From: Camelus dromedarius
Lineage: Eukaryota
Length of the DNA stretch: 64,000 nt
Direction: 5' to 3'
Assembly (NCBI RefSeq): GCF_036321535.1
Contig: NC_087455.1
Location: forward strand, 7,254,001-7,318,000
Shown: piece by piece, positions 60,741 to 64,000 of the stretch
Layout: each line of letters starts with the position of its first letter
How positions within the stretch are numbered: position 1 is the stretch's first letter
The notes under the pieces: generated by a model
What the model saw: the letters and a program-made list of their open reading frames with translations, nothing else
What the model was told of the DNA's origin: nothing
Database searches by the model: none
Program-made: the position numbers and the translations under genes

Positions 60741-61639
60741 GGACACACTTATACTAAAAAATTACTCCTTGCTTACCCAAAATTCAAATATCACCGGCCA
60801 TGCGGTATTTTTTCACCTGCCGACTGTAGGTACCAGGCCTAGACTCTCCACATCGCCCCCAGGGCTCCTCACTCTTTGCCCAGTGGAGTCACTGGGGCTG
60901 CCGGCTGCCCCCGTCTGCTTATCAGAAAATTCCTGACTGTGGCTGGGCTTCTAGTAACCAACCACCTGAACTTTCCCATGACCTTCCTAAATCAGAATGC
61001 GCCCAGGGACATGCTTGCTTACATAAAAGAAAGGATCCCATTTCAGGGGTAAATTTTGTTGTTATTCTTTAACAATAGATGCTCAGTCCCGAACTTTTGC
61101 CTTTAACTTGACTGCCCTCTTGTGGAAGGGGCTGGGAACTGTGCCTCAGGCTGGCACCTGCAAGAAGCCCTCTGATGACTGCAGGCTGACAGTACCCAAG
61201 GTTCTGTGCTATAGTCCACGGGGCACAGAGATGAATCGAGGTTTTGTGGGATAGCAGAGGAAGCCAGACAGCCCTAGAACCCACTAATCGTGCTTCCTAG
61301 GGAGGGTTCCCTAACTTCTGAGCTTCAGAAGCCCCATTTATGTGCTAAAGGCCATCATTTTCCAATTACTTCTGTAAATATTCAAGTAGATAAAAGGATA
61401 TCAAATTCCTGCACATGGTGAGCATATTCAGTTGAACTTGAACTGAACATACACTGGTTTGCATCAATGAGCTTCAGTAAGCCCGGCTGTTTGGAGATTC
61501 CTATATGCACAGGGGTACGCTCTCTAGGCCTGGGGGGAAGGATGTACATTTGCTGGAGCTGATGATGCATGAGGATTCCCTACAGATGCAGAATAATTTA
61601 CAGTTTTTGCAGGGGTTTCATGGACAAGGGCTCAGCAGA

Positions 61640-61760
61640 TCCTCACCAGGACCTAATGAGCCGAGTGCTGTCCTCACAGATGGGGACACTGAGGCTCAGA
61701 GGAGGAAGCGACCAGGTCACCTTGCCAGCAGTGGCAGAGCCAGAATGAGAGTCACAACGG
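61640..61760 (-). mobile_element. MIR core
   Basis: cacagatggggacactgaggctcagaggaggaagcgac...agtggcagagccagaat. Confidence 0.75.
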
Positions 61761-62389
61761 CAAATGCTATGGGGCCAGGCAGGTAATGCGAACAGATGGA
61801 ACAAGCAGAAGTAAGTATGACATCCGGACAGGGAGAGACCCGGAGCAGGGGAGGGCGTGTGCTCAGTCCAAAAGGAAGAGTTCAGGGCCAGCTTCTTGGT
61901 GCCGCAAGACAAGGCATGCAGCCCCCATCCTTGTTCTTTAGAATCAGGAATTCAGAATTTTGTGTATTGGGGTGGACATACAAAATTGCTAATGTTCAAC
62001 TATTTTTACCTACACAAACAGAAACTTCATAGGATTCTGCTGACAATTCCCCAGTTTTTAAAATACTGTGCGGCTCAAACCAGACTTGTCTCTGGGACAG
62101 TTCCTGCTCACAGACTGCTGATCTGTGACCCCTCCTGGTACAGCCCTGGGAATTCCCTCTCTTTTAGGGAAAGAAACAGGCTGCTTTGAAAGCCAGCCAC
62201 ATAAATGTTCAGGTTCTCCAAGAGAATTTCAATCAGTACTCATGGTCTAATATTCTTCTTTATTTTTACTCAGAATATTTCAACTAGATTTGAAGTCTAT
62301 GCGGGCCCTTGATAGTAATAAAGTAACCATCTCAAATAACCAAAAGCTATTCAGTTATTTGGTCTGAGACCTATAATATATCTCTCTTT

Positions 62390-62975
62390 TCTTTTTGTTA
62401 TTTAAATTTTTAAGTTAAACTTATTTATGAGAGCATACATACACATACTTTTACAAAACTGCATTAAAAACGGTCCATGTTTTTATAGAGCCATATTTTT
62501 TTCTGTCTTCTCCTTCTCCACAGCACCTGACCCTCAAGGTGGCTCTGATAACCACCCAGTGCGTGCTAATTCATACTCTTCTCTGTGCAGACACAAGCGC
62601 AGTCATGTAATCATATGTGCACACAGAAGGAGCACGCTTATTTGTTTTCTAAAAGTTAAATCCTGTTAGCTGCACCTATAGGCTATGCTATATTATCATA
62701 ATATGCTGCAGGATCCTCTCCAAATCAGCTGCTATAGCCCTAATGAATCCTGTTTAAGGGCTGCATACATATTCATGGTGGGTGCACATGTATCCAGCCA
62801 TGCACCTTGGGTTGCTCAGCCTCTTTGTTCCCAATTTTTGGCTACAATGAAAAACGATGAAATAGACACATCGTACTTAGGCCTTCACATTCTGGTGTTT
62901 TGACCCCATGGGCTGCTGGGTCAGAGAACTGGTGTATTTCTAATTTGAATAGCTATTCCCAGCCTGCTTTGTGGA
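62390..62975 (-). mobile_element. Old L1 3' fragment
   Basis: T-rich end; ttgttcccaatttttggctacaatgaaaaac...gggctgctgggtcagag...tttctaatttgaatag. Confidence 0.55.
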
Positions 62976-63151
62976 AAACGCCGCAGCCCTGCCGGACTCC
63001 ATCACAGCAAATGAGCGTGAGGACTCTCAGGTCCCACCAGGCTGCGGGTATCACACATCCAGCATCCAGCCCCAGAGTCAGCCTGGACTTTGGCAGGAGA
63101 TAGGAGGGGATGGCCCCAGACCGGCAGGCCCCAGGCCCGGGCTGCCCTCAC

Positions 63152-63311
63152 CTGTTGTAGCTATGGACCAGGTCGAAAATCATCATGTCTGTGGTGTTGA
63201 CAAACTTGCACTGGACAGGCATGAAGGCTCCGTCTGGAGAACACTGGGGCGGTGACTTGTCGCCCACTCCATGGAGAAGACGGCGGTTTCTTATCTCACA
63301 GCTCTTTGGAC
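63152..63311 (-). CDS. TG: TG exon 5 (160 nt) CPKSCEIRNRRLLHGVGDKSPPQC...VNTTDMMIFDLVHSYN
   Basis: tgcttag|GTCCAAAG...TACAACAG|gtgagg; read manually. Confidence 0.98.
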
Positions 63312-63482
63312 CTAAGCATTTCCACGGAAAAAATTTTTATTCTTACCTACAAGGAGGTATGTATGCACATATGCTTCCTAAATAGCCTAAATGCATCTGT
63401 TCATACTACACATGTGACAGCATCCCTGTCGGGGACTAAGGCTCCAACAGGAGATGCTTGTTGAAATCCTGCTTGTGCTTCT

Positions 63483-63585
63483 TTTTTTTTATTATCATTA
63501 CTTTTCTCCTGGAGTGACTGGGGATTGAACCCAGGACCTTGTGCGTGGTAAGCCTGTACTCTACCGCTGAGCTATACCCGCCCCC
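63483..63585 (-). mobile_element. Camelid tRNA-derived SINE with intact A and B boxes and 12-bp TSD (intron 4)
   Basis: Minus strand: gggggcgggtatagctcagcggtagag...ggtcctgggttcaatccccagtcactccag plus A tail; TSD gcttgtgcttct at 63471-63482 and 63588-63599. Confidence 0.92.
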
Positions 63586-63784
63586 GGGCTTGTGCTTCTA
63601 ATGATCAGCAGGCAAAGACTGCCATCCACCATGGGGAACTATTAGAGGGGGTAAAATATTCCTAGAATGCCTTTCTTCTCTGTGCCGAGGGCCAGGTCCC
63701 GTGCCTTTTCTCGGGGAGCCCTGGCACAGTTTGGGGGACTGTGTGGAAGGCTGCAGGTGCCACTCCGGGGGTGCTGGGACTTAC

Positions 63785-63988
63785 ATCGCGTCGGCCGCCC
63801 CCACTGGCGGGTCCCGTACACCTCCATCCCCTCCGCATCCACACACCAGCACTGCTCCCGCCGCAGGTCGCACTGCACAGGCGCGTACTCCCCGGAGTCC
63901 TGACACTGAGGGAGGTAGGATGTGGCCGTGCTGTTAATGTAGCTGCTCAGCAAGATCTGCTGCCTGTGCAGCTGGCAGAAGGACAGAC
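63785..63988 (-). CDS. TG: TG exon 4 (204 nt) LSFCQLHRQQILLSSYINSTATSYLPQC...GMEVYGTRQWGRPTR; donor Tyr equivalents of Y108 and Y149 retained
   Basis: tgccttag|GTCTGTCC...ACGCGAT|gtaagt. Confidence 0.98.
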
Positions 63989-64000
63989 CTAAGGCAACAG

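Larger units (their letters stand above)
1125..63988 (-). other. TG: Thyroglobulin gene body, exons 4-29 (partial gene; exons 1-3 and 30-48 lie outside the window)
   Basis: 26 exons with canonical AG/GT ends splice into one open frame of 5262 nt. The translation matches recalled TG sequence (CWCVD type-1 repeats, CP..C type-2 repeats). Exon sizes match human except exons 9 (-18), 10 (+3), 20 (+6) and 27 (-3). 23 of 27 flanking introns are phase 1. Confidence 0.99.

Noticed and set aside
63509-63585. Possible tRNA gene
   Set aside because: TSD, A tail and a degenerate anticodon arm identify it as a tRNA-derived SINE.
1-64000. Nested gene (such as SLA), CRISPR array, operon-like or other novel multi-gene system
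   Set aside because: None was seen. SLA is nested in a much more 3' TG intron outside this window. All convincing coding signal belongs to TG, and the introns are largely explained by known repeats.

Overview
Mammalian genomic DNA. The tRNA-derived SINEs point to a camelid (alpaca, llama or camel), but the species cannot be fixed from sequence alone. The whole window lies inside the thyroglobulin gene (TG) on the minus strand. I mapped 26 consecutive coding exons, equivalent to human exons 4-29, all with AG/GT boundaries and an unbroken frame. They total 5262 nt (1754 codons, about human residues 92-1850) and cover the type-1, type-2 and first type-3 repeats. Introns carry MIR, L2, L1 3' ends, MLT1 (MaLR) solo LTRs, MER20, MER3, Tigger1/Tigger3 derivatives, camelid SINEs and microsatellites. 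There is one 135-N assembly gap. I see no second gene and no evidence of a new multi-gene system; the other six-frame ORFs look spurious. The most interesting items are local: (1) a perfect DR4 thyroid-hormone-response-type element in intron 25; (2) coding changes versus human TG, namely an 18-bp in-frame deletion in exon 9, Tyr->His at the equivalents of Y704 and Y315, and N-glycosylation sequon turnover; (3) a head-to-head SINE pair with complementary deletions inside a 50-bp direct repeat; (4) an L1 with a short 3'-transduced tag; (5) a perfect 38-bp tandem duplication. All comparisons with human, bovine or goat TG and all repeat-family names come from recalled sequences and were not computed here. 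Repeat boundaries are approximate unless a TSD or TIR is quoted.
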